From assembly GCA_018817505.1 (NCBI GenBank), contig JAHITR010000028.1:13736-77735 (forward strand): a stretch of DNA of 64,000 nucleotides, given 5' to 3'. This DNA comes from Candidatus Bipolaricaulota bacterium (lineage in GTDB: Bacteria > Bipolaricaulota > Bipolaricaulia > UBA7950 > UBA9294). Made by a program: the position numbers and the translations under genes. Within the stretch, counting starts at the first letter, position 1; each line of letters opens with the position of its first letter. A model generated the notes under the pieces. The model ran no database searches, was not told the origin of the DNA, and saw only the letters and a program-made list of their open reading frames with translations. Of the stretch, positions 1 to 9,587 are shown in pieces.

Positions 1-41
1 AGCAGGTACTCCAGATCACGGCAGCAACAGATCCCCAGAGA

Positions 42-2726
42 TTGCTCATCATCGATGGCCACTCATGGGCCTACCGCGCCTTCTATGGCATTCCCGATCT
101 GACATCGCCGACAGGTCAGCCGGTCGGCGCAATCTTCGGGTTCTGGCGAGCATTTGTGCAGATCATGCGCGCATTTCCTTCGGATCATGTTGCAGTCACC
201 TTCGATGCCTCTGGCCCGACATTCCGCCACAACATGTATCCGCAGTACAAGGCGACGCGCAGCCCGATGCCCGAAGAACTGCGTTCGCAGATTCCGTTGA
301 TCCAACGGCTGCTTGAAGAACTTGGTGTTCCTGTGTTTTCTGTATCTGGCGTTGAGGCCGATGATGTCATGGCCACCCTGGCCACTCAAGCCAGTCTCAA
401 TGGTTACACGAGCTTGATCGCCTCGTCAGACAAGGACTTGGCACAGCTTGTCAACGACGATATCTTCCTGCTCCGTCCAGCAGGTCGCGGAATCGATTCA
501 TCTTCTCAGATCATCGATGCCTATGGCGTGGAAGCCAAATTCGGCGTTCCTCCGGAAAAGATTGTCGATTTGCTATCGCTGATTGGCGACAGTTCGGATA
601 ACGTGCCCGGCGTTCCTGCAGTCGGAGAAAAGACAGCCACCAAGCTGCTGCAGCAATTCTCCACTCTCGCAAGTGTCTTGGCTTCGGCCGGGAAGGTAGG
701 CAATCGGCGCGTCGCCGAAAACCTAGTGACGTACGCCGATGATGCCCGGCGTGCTCAAGAACTAATTCGACTTAGGATAGATCTTGAGCTCGGCGACATC
801 CCTGCAGATTGTCGATTGAAAGGCATTAGCCTAGAGCCGCTGGTGCAAACATTGACGGAATTCGGATTCTCCAGCGTGCTGAATGAAATCGGACAAGCAC
901 CATCAGCACTGGCAGTCCCCAAATCGCCCGCCGTAGACGTCGCCTATTCCACCATTCTGAAGCCCGAACAGTTCGATGCGCTTCTGTCTGAGCTAGCAGG
1001 CGCCAGCATCGTGTCCATTGACCTGGAAACGACGAGCACCGATCCTCATCAAGCGGACATTGTTGGCATTGCTCTCTCCATGCAGCCGCTGGTCGGATAC
1101 TACATTCCCATCGGCCACAACACGCTCGATGCACCCGCGCAACTGGATTTGTCGTTGGTGTTGGAGGCGCTTCGCCCATTCCTTGAAGCTCAACAACCCC
1201 AGTTGATTGGCCAGAACATCAAATACGATCTCATCATTCTGAAGCGATACGGTATTCATCCCGCAGGCATCAGCTTCGATGCCATGATTGCCTCACACCT
1301 CACTCAGCCCGAGGAACACAGACACAATCTGGAGCGAATTGCAAGCGACGTGCTTGGATGCTCGATGATCAGTTTCGAAGATGTCGCAGGGAAAGACGGA
1401 TCCTTTGCCGCCGTGCCTGTGGAGAGCGCAACAATCTACGCAGCTGAGGACGCAGAGATCGTTCAGCGACTGCGTGAGCCGCTGCTTGGACGATTACAGG
1501 CTCAGAACCTGCTTTCTCTGTTTGACACCGTGGAGATGCCGCTCGTCCCCGTACTGGCTGGCATGGAACTCAACGGCATTTCTCTCGATGCTCATGTGCT
1601 GGCTGCACAAGGCGATGAGATCCGCAAAGAGTTGGAGATCCTTGAGTCCGATCTGTTTGACATCGCAGGCGAGCCCTTCAATCCAAATTCCCCCAAGCAG
1701 GTGGCTGAGATTCTCTTCTTTCGCCTTGGATTGCCCATGCTAGCCAAGACGAAGTCCGGACCTTCAACATCAGCCCAGGTGTTGACGCGACTGGCGGAGC
1801 TCCATCCGCTCCCTGGCAAGTTGATCGTTCATCGAGAGTTGCGGAAGCTGCTGTCGACATACATCGATCAGCTTCCCAAAGCGATCCATCCTGTAACTGG
1901 ACGCATTCACTCCTCATTCCATCAGACCTCAACCGCCACGGGCAGACTGTCTTCATCTGATCCCAATCTCCAAAACATCCCCACGCGGACGGAAACAGGA
2001 GGAAGAATCCGCAGTGCGTTCGTTGCACCTCCTGGCCACAGGTTCGTTGCCGCCGACTACTCACAAATCGAGCTTCGATTGCTAGCTCATTTCTCTCAAG
2101 ATGACAACCTGCTTGACGGCTTCCGCTCAGGCGTCGACCTGCATCGGCTAACTGCCAGTCACGTGTTCGGGTTGCCCGAGAACGAAGTAACCGACCAGCT
2201 CAGAGACGCGGCCAAGCGCATCAACTTCGGGATCCTCTACGGGATCAGCCCCTTCGGACTTGGACGCGAACTGCGAATTCCGCAATCTGAAGCCAAGGGC
2301 TACATTGATCGTTTCTTCGCCGCCTATCCCAAGGCCAAGGAAACTCTCGATCGACTCGTTGAGACAGCTACGCGAAATGGCTATGCGGAAACCCTAATGG
2401 GTAGGCGCAGGCCACTACCCAATCTGACTTCGCGCAACATGCAGCAGCGCAATTTCGATCGCCGCAACGCCGTCAACACGCCCATTCAGGGGAGTGCGGC
2501 CGATCTGATCAAGCTGGCCATGATTCACATCGACCAGAAGATTCGAAACCAGAGCCCGTCCGTGAAGATGATTCTCCAAATCCACGATGAATTGGTGTTT
2601 GAGGTTCCAGAACACCTTCTTGAACCAGCAATTGCTCTGATCCGCGATGGGATGGAAAACGTCTATCCGCTGAGCTTGCCGCTGACGGTCAAGGTGAGTA
2701 CAGGCATCAACTGGGGGGAGCTGTAG
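42..2726 (+). CDS. polA: DNA polymerase I (5'-3' exonuclease, 3'-5' exonuclease and polymerase domains)
   Basis: 894 aa. The N-terminal FEN-like motifs (IIDGHSWAYRAFY) and the C-terminal family-A polymerase motifs (RRxAKxxNFGIxYG, DYSQIELRLLAH, QIHDELVFEV) are visible in the translation. Confidence 0.95.
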   Translation: MLIIDGHSWAYRAFYGIPDLTSPTGQPVGAIFGFWRAFVQIMRAFPSDHVAVTFDASGPTFRHNMYPQYKATRSPMPEELRSQIPLIQRLLEELGVPVFSVSGVEADDVMATLATQASLNGYTSLIASSDKDLAQLVNDDIFLLRPAGRGIDSSSQIIDAYGVEAKFGVPPEKIVDLLSLIGDSSDNVPGVPAVGEKTATKLLQQFSTLASVLASAGKVGNRRVAENLVTYADDARRAQELIRLRIDLELGDIPADCRLKGISLEPLVQTLTEFGFSSVLNEIGQAPSALAVPKSPAVDVAYSTILKPEQFDALLSELAGASIVSIDLETTSTDPHQADIVGIALSMQPLVGYYIPIGHNTLDAPAQLDLSLVLEALRPFLEAQQPQLIGQNIKYDLIILKRYGIHPAGISFDAMIASHLTQPEEHRHNLERIASDVLGCSMISFEDVAGKDGSFAAVPVESATIYAAEDAEIVQRLREPLLGRLQAQNLLSLFDTVEMPLVPVLAGMELNGISLDAHVLAAQGDEIRKELEILESDLFDIAGEPFNPNSPKQVAEILFFRLGLPMLAKTKSGPSTSAQVLTRLAELHPLPGKLIVHRELRKLLSTYIDQLPKAIHPVTGRIHSSFHQTSTATGRLSSSDPNLQNIPTRTETGGRIRSAFVAPPGHRFVAADYSQIELRLLAHFSQDDNLLDGFRSGVDLHRLTASHVFGLPENEVTDQLRDAAKRINFGILYGISPFGLGRELRIPQSEAKGYIDRFFAAYPKAKETLDRLVETATRNGYAETLMGRRRPLPNLTSRNMQQRNFDRRNAVNTPIQGSAADLIKLAMIHIDQKIRNQSPSVKMILQIHDELVFEVPEHLLEPAIALIRDGMENVYPLSLPLTVKVSTGINWGEL

Positions 2727-2839
2727 ATCACGTGTCGAGCAGCAGCGTCGTGCCGAAACCCGACTCGCGGAGTACACTCAGGATGAAACTTCTTGCCTGG
2801 AGTCGTGTATTTGTGGGGCGTTCCTCAAAGGAGAGTCTC

Positions 2840-4480
2840 ATGGTCAGACGAGCACGGATCATTGTCCTATCGCTGTTGCTGTGTCTTGTTTCATTGACAG
2901 CAACTGCCTTGCCTGACTTGGTTATCTCGGAGATGCGCCTGGAGCCATCTCTCCCTCAAGCTGGAGAGTCCGTATTCATCGAGGTTACAGTCGTCAATGA
3001 CGGCCCCGATGACGTCGAGAAGCCCTTCTTCGTACACTTCTTGATGGATGGCCGCAAGATCGCCGTGCAATCCATTGTGGGAGGCGTTTCATCCAATCGA
3101 TCCAAACGTGTGGCCATCGAGTGGCTGGCGATCGCTGGCGTGCATACGCTCGTTGCTGAAGTCGATCCGCCCATCAGCCGCATTGATGAGTCCGATGTAT
3201 CGAATAATCAGCACTCTCTGATGTTCACCGTCGCTCTCAGTGAAGAGACTGTAGCCGCCATTGGTCCACTGAAGATCGTTGTTGCACCGTTCAGCGATTT
3301 GTCTGGGTCCGGTTTTCTCCGCGTGGGAGAAGGTGTCTCCGATAAATTGATGGATCAATTCCTGGGTATGGGCTTGCGTGTGCTGGAACGATCAGAGCTT
3401 GAATCCATCATGCAACGACGTGAACTCAATCCGTCTCTACCATCTGACCTCGCGCTCGCGGCACAAGAGTTGGGAGCTGACATCCTCATCGCAGGATCAG
3501 TGACCGCGCTTGACGTCCACGAAAGCTCCCTTCAGTTAGGTGTTCTCGCGATTCGTAGTGCTGAGGTGAATATCCGTCTGTCTGCTAGCCTTGTCGATGT
3601 ATACTCCGCAGAGATGGTTGGGGCTGTCGACGCGGAGGGATATGCCGAAGGAACAACTGGATTCTCATTCGATTTGACCGGATTTCTTGGAATCATGGCG
3701 TCAGATTCTGATGATCTCTGCGGCGGAGGCCTTCAGACTGCGCGATCTTGGTATAGCGTAGGCGAAGCTATCTCCATTGCCTATCACAATCCCGGGGCAG
3801 CTGACTGGTTTAGCATCGAAATATCAACATCCATCGGCTCGTTCGTACGATGGCTTGGCTGGCAGTTTGTCGACATGAATGCCTGCACTTTGTGGAATTG
3901 GAATCAACTCAATACCTCGAACCTCCAGATGTCTCCTGGCGTCTATACGGCCAAGATCTGGGACGGCATCGCCTATGTCGCTCAGGTAAGTTTCCAGATT
4001 CGCCCTGGCATCTCTCTGTCGGTTCTTCCCGCCACGGAGATCACCGTAGGTACCCCACAATTCGAAGACACGGTTGTAGGCAGTGCGCTCAATGCCGCCG
4101 TGGACAATTTGTCGGTGAACCTACTCAATTCACTGGAAACTGCCTCTGCTACCTTCGCTGAAGAAGCCATGGGATCCGCCGCGGCGAGAAGCCCGCTGTC
4201 CTCAAGACGAGAGGGCCAGATTGCCTCGCTTCTTCCTGACGGCCGCGTCGCCATCAATATTGGGGCTTCCGTAGGTGTCGCACAGGGTGAGTTGTTCGAA
4301 GTGCTCGGCGTAGCTAATGTCATCGTCGACCCCCAGACACTTGAGATCTTGGATTACGAAACGCTCTCCGTAAAGGGACAAATTGTGATCACCGAGGTTC
4401 GCGACAGGGTCTCATATGGCATGCGCACGTCCGACTTCCAACCGGCAATCGGCGATATCGTTCGATGGCTGGCTCCCTGA
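2840..4480 (+). CDS. secreted protein with an N-terminal CARDB-like domain and a central CsgG-like (curli secretion channel family) domain
   Basis: ATG at 2840 follows an AAAGGAGAG RBS and opens a signal peptide (MVRRARIIVLSLLLCLVSLTA). CARDB-like segment: LPDLVISEMRLEPSLPQAGESVFIEVTVVNDGPDDV. CsgG-like stretch: VVAPFSDLSGSGFLRVGEGVSDKLMDQF...ERSELESIMQRREL...ADILIAGSVTAL. Domain calls are motif recall only. Confidence 0.55.
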   Translation: MVRRARIIVLSLLLCLVSLTATALPDLVISEMRLEPSLPQAGESVFIEVTVVNDGPDDVEKPFFVHFLMDGRKIAVQSIVGGVSSNRSKRVAIEWLAIAGVHTLVAEVDPPISRIDESDVSNNQHSLMFTVALSEETVAAIGPLKIVVAPFSDLSGSGFLRVGEGVSDKLMDQFLGMGLRVLERSELESIMQRRELNPSLPSDLALAAQELGADILIAGSVTALDVHESSLQLGVLAIRSAEVNIRLSASLVDVYSAEMVGAVDAEGYAEGTTGFSFDLTGFLGIMASDSDDLCGGGLQTARSWYSVGEAISIAYHNPGAADWFSIEISTSIGSFVRWLGWQFVDMNACTLWNWNQLNTSNLQMSPGVYTAKIWDGIAYVAQVSFQIRPGISLSVLPATEITVGTPQFEDTVVGSALNAAVDNLSVNLLNSLETASATFAEEAMGSAAARSPLSSRREGQIASLLPDGRVAINIGASVGVAQGELFEVLGVANVIVDPQTLEILDYETLSVKGQIVITEVRDRVSYGMRTSDFQPAIGDIVRWLAP

Positions 4481-4536
4481 TTCATTCGTCCACGTCTGAT
4501 TGGCAATCAATCTGCCGATTCGATAGACTGCACCCG

Positions 4537-4989
4537 ATGAATCGAAACCTCGTACGCTATCTTGGCTTGGCCGCCATCTGTATTTGCTTCGGATTCGCCC
4601 AGGTGCAAGCAGAAGGGCTTCGTTCCATTGGCCTACGTGTGGCGATTTCTTGGAGTGATACGCCAATTTGGATCGGAATCGAAGCCTCGACGGAGCTATC
4701 GTTCTCAGTTCTTTCGGGATCCCTTTTCATCACGCCTGATGGGAAGACGCTATTTATGGCACATTTGGACGTTCCGCTGCAAGAGAATGGATCGGCATTT
4801 CTCAGATTGACTGGGGGCTTTTACTACTTCGGACCGAGGCAGCCACTCCCCTATCCGCTTGCGGGCGTAGGCCTCTCGTATCTTGCAATCGCCGTCAGCC
4901 CTATCTACTTTGCGTTCTCGGGTGAATTCGTTTATCCGCTCGCATTTCCTCTCCCCATGTTCTCCATCTCTGGAGGGTGGCTACCCTAG
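4537..4989 (+). CDS. small secreted beta-rich hypothetical protein
   Basis: Signal peptide MNRNLVRYLGLAAICICFGFAQVQA with an AxA cleavage site; Gly/aromatic-rich. No obvious RBS. Immediately downstream of the CsgG-like gene. Confidence 0.4.
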   Translation: MNRNLVRYLGLAAICICFGFAQVQAEGLRSIGLRVAISWSDTPIWIGIEASTELSFSVLSGSLFITPDGKTLFMAHLDVPLQENGSAFLRLTGGFYYFGPRQPLPYPLAGVGLSYLAIAVSPIYFAFSGEFVYPLAFPLPMFSISGGWLP

Positions 4990-4992
4990 ACC

Positions 4993-6327
4993 ATGACACA
5001 ATACTTCGGCACAGACGGCATCCGCGGAAAAGCCAATCAGCTGCTCACGCCTGAATTGGTCTTGGCCCTGTCCCGGGCCATCGCATCGACCATTGTTCCG
5101 CGCGGAGGTCGCGTTATTATTGGACGCGATACGCGAGTCAGCGGGCCGATGCTTGAAGCAGCGCTTTCTGCCGGTCTAGCATCTGCAGGTCTCGATGTGT
5201 GTCTGGCGGGGATCATTCCCACGCCAGCTATCTCCTTCCTCATCAAGGATGAACGCGCAGATCTGGGTATCGTCATCTCCGCATCACACAATCCTCCTGA
5301 AGACAACGGCATCAAACTGTTCGACCAAAAGGGCCAGAAGCTGTCCCAGGAGCAAGAGATACTGATCGAGAGTTCGCTCCAGGGACCCCATCCAGTGTCC
5401 CCATCGATCGGAAAGGTTTCTGTTTTGGAGGCAGCGGCCACTCGATATGCAGCGTTCCTCAGCGGCGCCATCGATTCAGAACATGTCGATCTGACAGGCA
5501 TGACCCTCGTTGTGGATTGCGCGTATGGATCCACCGCCCCCATTGCTCCGCACGTATTCCGCCATCTCGGAGCCACGGTGATTCCTATTCATTGCGAATT
5601 GGACGGAGAGAAAATCAACGTCGATTGTGGAGCCACCAACCTCGCGCAACTCCACGAGATCACAAGAGAGCACGGCGCAGACCTTGGCATCGCCTTTGAT
5701 GGCGATGGCGATCGTGTTCTCCTCGTCGATCCAGACGGATTCGAGATCGATGGCGACCGCATGATGGGTATTGCTGCGTCCAGTATGGCAGAACGCAATT
5801 TGCTTGAACCCTCTGCCATCGTAGCGACCATCCTCAGCAATCGCGGGCTCGAAGTGTGGCTGGAAGAACGCGGCATCGAGGTTCATCGGACAGATGTGGG
5901 GGATCGTCACGTGTCCCATCGAATGATCGAGGAGGGGATCCAAATCGGGGGCGAGGCTTCTGGCCACGTTATTTTCCGTGATCACTCGCCCACGGGTGAT
6001 GGCATTCTCACCGCCGTCAAGCTCCTGGAAATCGCCCATCATCATGGATGCGACCTGCCTACACTGGCGCGACAGATTCCTCTGTACCCACAGATTGCCC
6101 GCAACATCGTCTGCAGTTCCCCCAGTCAATTGGCAGTAGATCCGCGAGCGCAGGATCTTCTTCAGCAAGCTGAGAAAGCTCTCGGCCACACAGGCCGCGT
6201 TGTTCTTCGTCCATCAGGAACGCAGCCGATGTTGAGAATCATGATCGAGGCAGAGGATGCCAGCCGATGCGAGCAGATCGCAAATTCGCTCGAAGCAGGC
6301 TTGCAGAAAATCGCCCGCATCGACTGA
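4993..6327 (+). CDS. glmM: phosphoglucosamine mutase
   Basis: MTQYFGTDGIRGKAN N-terminus and SASHNPPEDNGIK active-site serine loop; 444 aa. Confidence 0.95.
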   Translation: MTQYFGTDGIRGKANQLLTPELVLALSRAIASTIVPRGGRVIIGRDTRVSGPMLEAALSAGLASAGLDVCLAGIIPTPAISFLIKDERADLGIVISASHNPPEDNGIKLFDQKGQKLSQEQEILIESSLQGPHPVSPSIGKVSVLEAAATRYAAFLSGAIDSEHVDLTGMTLVVDCAYGSTAPIAPHVFRHLGATVIPIHCELDGEKINVDCGATNLAQLHEITREHGADLGIAFDGDGDRVLLVDPDGFEIDGDRMMGIAASSMAERNLLEPSAIVATILSNRGLEVWLEERGIEVHRTDVGDRHVSHRMIEEGIQIGGEASGHVIFRDHSPTGDGILTAVKLLEIAHHHGCDLPTLARQIPLYPQIARNIVCSSPSQLAVDPRAQDLLQQAEKALGHTGRVVLRPSGTQPMLRIMIEAEDASRCEQIANSLEAGLQKIARID

Positions 6328-6342
6328 CTCTAGACGTTCGTG

Positions 6343-7791
6343 CTATTCGCCATCCAGCGGAACCTTCAACACCGGATTCTTGGCTGCCTGGGTTTGATCC
6401 AGGCGGCGGACTGAAGCACGCACTGGAGCATCATGCAGCAGTTGTGGATTCTCTTTCGCTTCTCGCGCGACGATCTCCATGATCTCAGCAAATCGATCGA
6501 GAGTTGCTTTGCTTTCAGTTTCCGTGGGCTCAATCATGATCGCTTCCTTCACTGTAAGCGGGAAGTAGATCGTCGGTGGGTGCACGCCGTAATCAATCAG
6601 GCGTTTAGCGATATCCAGCGTCGAGATCCCTTCTGCCAGCCCCTTCCCTGAGAGGACAAACTCATGTTTGCACAGTCCATCATAGGGCAAGGCATACGTC
6701 TTCTTGAGCCGCTGCTGAAGGTAGTTGGCGTTCAAAACTGCATTCTCGCTAACCTCGCGCAACCCGACATCCCCCAGTTGGAGGATATAGGCGAAGGCAC
6801 GCACGGCCACGAGGAAATTGCCGTAGAACGAATGCACGCTGCCAATTGAGTGTGGGCAATTCCAGTCCAGTTTGTACTGTTCGTTCTCAAGACGTACTCG
6901 AGGAACAGGCAGGTAGTCCACCAGCGCGTCAGAAACGGCAATCGGACCAGATCCCGGCCCGCCGCCGCCGTGTGGCGTCGACATCGTCTTGTGTAAGTTG
7001 AAATGGAAGACGTCTGCACCCATATCTCCGGGACGTGTCTTCCCCATGTAGGAATTGAGATTCGCCCCATCAAAGTAGCACAGACCGCCGGCGGCATGGA
7101 CCTTTTCTGTGACCTGCAAGATATCGGATTCAAAGATGCCCAATGTATTGGGGACCGTGAGCATAATTCCGGCAACCGTATCATCGAGGGCTTCATCCAG
7201 AGCAGCAAGATCAATCCTGCCTGTCTCGTCCGATGCCACTTCGGTCACCGAGAATCCCGCCAAAGCCGCGGATGCCGGATTCGTCCCGTGAGCTGTATCA
7301 GGCAGAAGGATTCGCTTGCGTTCGTGCTCTCCGCGAACCTGGAAATATTTCTTGAACAGGAACATGCCAGCCAACTCGCCGTGCGCTCCAGCGACCGGCT
7401 GAAGCGAGACATCGGCCATTCCAGCAATGCCTCGCAGGAATCCTGTGAGCTCAAACATCAGCTGAAGTGCGCCCTGTGATCGACTGACGTCACTGCGGGG
7501 ATGGAGTCCAGAAAATCCAGGCAACACAGCCATCGCTTCGTTGAGCTTCGGGTTGTACTTCATCGTACAGCTTCCCAGCGGATAGAAGCCATCATCCACG
7601 CCAAAATTGAGCTTAGATAATTTGGTGTAGTGCCTAGCCACCTGCGGTTCCGACAGATCGGGTAGGCGAAGGGGCTGCGTACGAACGTGCGCGGCGTCGA
7701 TGAGCCGTTCCACTCCCTGAGCAGGAACGTCCAGCTCGGGGAAGAGTCCTCCGACCTTTTCACTACATCGACAATCAAAGATAGTGCTCAT
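6343..7791 (-). CDS. gcvPB: glycine dehydrogenase (decarboxylating) subunit 2
   Basis: 482 aa. PLP-lysine context FHFNLHKTMSTPHGGGGPG typical of GcvPB; 4-nt overlap with gcvPA. Confidence 0.93.
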   Translation of the reverse strand: MSTIFDCRCSEKVGGLFPELDVPAQGVERLIDAAHVRTQPLRLPDLSEPQVARHYTKLSKLNFGVDDGFYPLGSCTMKYNPKLNEAMAVLPGFSGLHPRSDVSRSQGALQLMFELTGFLRGIAGMADVSLQPVAGAHGELAGMFLFKKYFQVRGEHERKRILLPDTAHGTNPASAALAGFSVTEVASDETGRIDLAALDEALDDTVAGIMLTVPNTLGIFESDILQVTEKVHAAGGLCYFDGANLNSYMGKTRPGDMGADVFHFNLHKTMSTPHGGGGPGSGPIAVSDALVDYLPVPRVRLENEQYKLDWNCPHSIGSVHSFYGNFLVAVRAFAYILQLGDVGLREVSENAVLNANYLQQRLKKTYALPYDGLCKHEFVLSGKGLAEGISTLDIAKRLIDYGVHPPTIYFPLTVKEAIMIEPTETESKATLDRFAEIMEIVAREAKENPQLLHDAPVRASVRRLDQTQAAKNPVLKVPLDGE

Positions 7792-9110
7792 CGACTCCCT
7801 CCCAGCACTCGAGTCAACCGATCGAGCTCGTTCTTCGTTCGCTTTTCTGTCACAGCGAACCGAAGCACACGGTCGAGACCAAATGATTGAAGAGCCTGCG
7901 GCGCTTCAACAGCGAAGCCTGCCTGCACCAATGCATCGTGAATCTCGGTTGCGTCGCCAGGCACATTCACAATGAATTCATTGAAGAAATCTCCCGCAAA
8001 CGCCAATTCATATCCATCAATCGCCGTGATTCGATCCGCCAAATAATGCGCCTTCTCCAAATTCAGCTTGGCCACTTGCCTCAATCCAGCAGATCCTGCA
8101 CTGGCCAAATAGATCGTGGTCGCCAACGCACAGAGCGCCGAATTGGTGCAGATATTGGACGTGGCCCGCTGGCGGCGAATATGCTGCTCACGCGTCTGAG
8201 CGGCCATTGCATAGCCCGTCTTGCCATCCACATCGACGGTTCGTCCTGCGATGCGTCCGGGCATCTGCCGCAGATGTTCTTCACGCGCCGCAAACAGTCC
8301 CAGTAGCGGACCTCCATAACCCATGGCCAATCCAAGGGACTGCCCTTCGGCAACGACAATGTCGGCTTTGTAGGCACCCGGAGGCTGAAGCAATCCTAGC
8401 GACAAGGGATTGCAGGACACAATGAGCAATGCATCGCCGATCCGCTCCTTCAGCCCGGCCAACGGCTCAATCACACCGAATGCATTGGGCGTTTGCACGA
8501 CCACTGCCGAAAGCTGCTCTGGAAGTGACTGCCAATCAGCCGTCCCGTCGGGGAGATAGTTCATTTCGTGAATTTGGATGTCTGTTGCCCAGCAGTACGT
8601 ATCCAACGTGCGGCGCAGGTGAGAGAAAAGCGAGCGGGGAACCGCGACTGCTCCTCTCTTGCGAATGCGCTCTGCCATCAACACGGCTTCTGCCATCGCC
8701 GTCGCGCCGTCATACATCGACGCATTGGCGATATCCATGCCCGTCAGCTCGCAGACGTAGGTTTGAAACTCAAACATCGCTGTGAGCGTTCCTTGACTGA
8801 TCTCTGGCTGATAGGGCGTATAGGCAGTAACGAATTCGGAACGAGACAGCAAATTGCCAACCACGCTGGGCACGTAATGATCGTAGATTCCCCCACCCAG
8901 CAAGCAGACGGCATCTGTTGGCTTGTTGCGATCCGCCATGTCGCTCACGATGGAGGCGACTTCCATCTCGCTACGCGGCGGCAGCCCCAGGGGCCGGAAA
9001 CAACTTCGAACCGATTCAGGAATATCCGCAAACAATGCTTCAATCGAAGAAACGCCGATCGACGCAAGCATCTCGTCTCGATCGGCAGACGTATTGGGGA
9101 TGTAGCGCAT
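7788..9110 (-). CDS. gcvPA: glycine dehydrogenase (decarboxylating) subunit 1
   Basis: 440 aa. MRYIPNTSADRDEMLASIGVSSIEALFADIP N-terminus typical of GcvPA. Confidence 0.93.
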   Translation of the reverse strand: MRYIPNTSADRDEMLASIGVSSIEALFADIPESVRSCFRPLGLPPRSEMEVASIVSDMADRNKPTDAVCLLGGGIYDHYVPSVVGNLLSRSEFVTAYTPYQPEISQGTLTAMFEFQTYVCELTGMDIANASMYDGATAMAEAVLMAERIRKRGAVAVPRSLFSHLRRTLDTYCWATDIQIHEMNYLPDGTADWQSLPEQLSAVVVQTPNAFGVIEPLAGLKERIGDALLIVSCNPLSLGLLQPPGAYKADIVVAEGQSLGLAMGYGGPLLGLFAAREEHLRQMPGRIAGRTVDVDGKTGYAMAAQTREQHIRRQRATSNICTNSALCALATTIYLASAGSAGLRQVAKLNLEKAHYLADRITAIDGYELAFAGDFFNEFIVNVPGDATEIHDALVQAGFAVEAPQALQSFGLDRVLRFAVTEKRTKNELDRLTRVLGGSR

Positions 9111-9115
9111 CGTGA

Positions 9116-9499
9116 CTAGGCTCCTGATACGAACGATTCGTATGCAGCCGCGTCCATCGTATCATCGAGACCGGCAAGATCGACGACCTCAAGATCCACA
9201 ATCCATCCACCTACGTGCGGTGCCGAATTGATCGTCTCGGGAGCAGATTCGAGTGCATCATTGATTCCCACAACTTTCCCAGAAGCGGGTGAGAAGACAT
9301 CGCCAACAGCCTTCACAGATTCGACAGTAGCGATATTGTCTCCCTTGTTGACGGATGTACCGATCGCAGGCAATTCCACGAACACGATGTCACCCAATTC
9401 GGCTTGTGCGTGATCTGTGATTCCAATGCGCGCTCGATTTCCCTTCAACTGAACCCACTCATGATCCTTGGTGTAACGATAGTCGGTTGGATAGGCCAT
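9116..9499 (-). CDS. gcvH: glycine cleavage system H protein
   Basis: The true start is the ATG at 9497-9499 (MAYPTDYRYTKDHEWV), preceded by AAAGGGGAAG. The tool ORF extends further 5' into dnaB. Lipoyl-lysine region present (ATVESVKAV). Confidence 0.9.
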   Translation of the reverse strand: MAYPTDYRYTKDHEWVQLKGNRARIGITDHAQAELGDIVFVELPAIGTSVNKGDNIATVESVKAVGDVFSPASGKVVGINDALESAPETINSAPHVGGWIVDLEVVDLAGLDDTMDAAAYESFVSGA

Positions 9500-9533
9500 T
9501 GCTTCCCCTTTCAATCCGTTAAAAAAGCCGCCC

Positions 9534-9562
9534 ATTATAGGCGCACACGCTACGTTTGGCCA
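9534..9562 (-). promoter_or_regulatory. candidate sigma70-like promoter for gcvH-gcvPA-gcvPB (TGGCCA-17-TATAAT on the minus strand)
   Basis: The minus strand reads tggccaaacgtagcgtgtgcgccTATAATgggcggcttttttaacggattgaaaggggaagcaATG. The TATAAT hexamer lies about 35 nt upstream of the gcvH start. Confidence 0.35.
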
Positions 9563-9587
9563 CGCTTCCATCAAGAGGCGCGGCTTC

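Noticed and set aside
9500-9587. Possible glycine riboswitch upstream of gcvH
   Set aside because: Only about 90 nt are available, and I see no match to the conserved glycine-aptamer cores (GGAGAG...CACCGAAGGGGCAA-type). A promoter-like TATAAT is a better reading.
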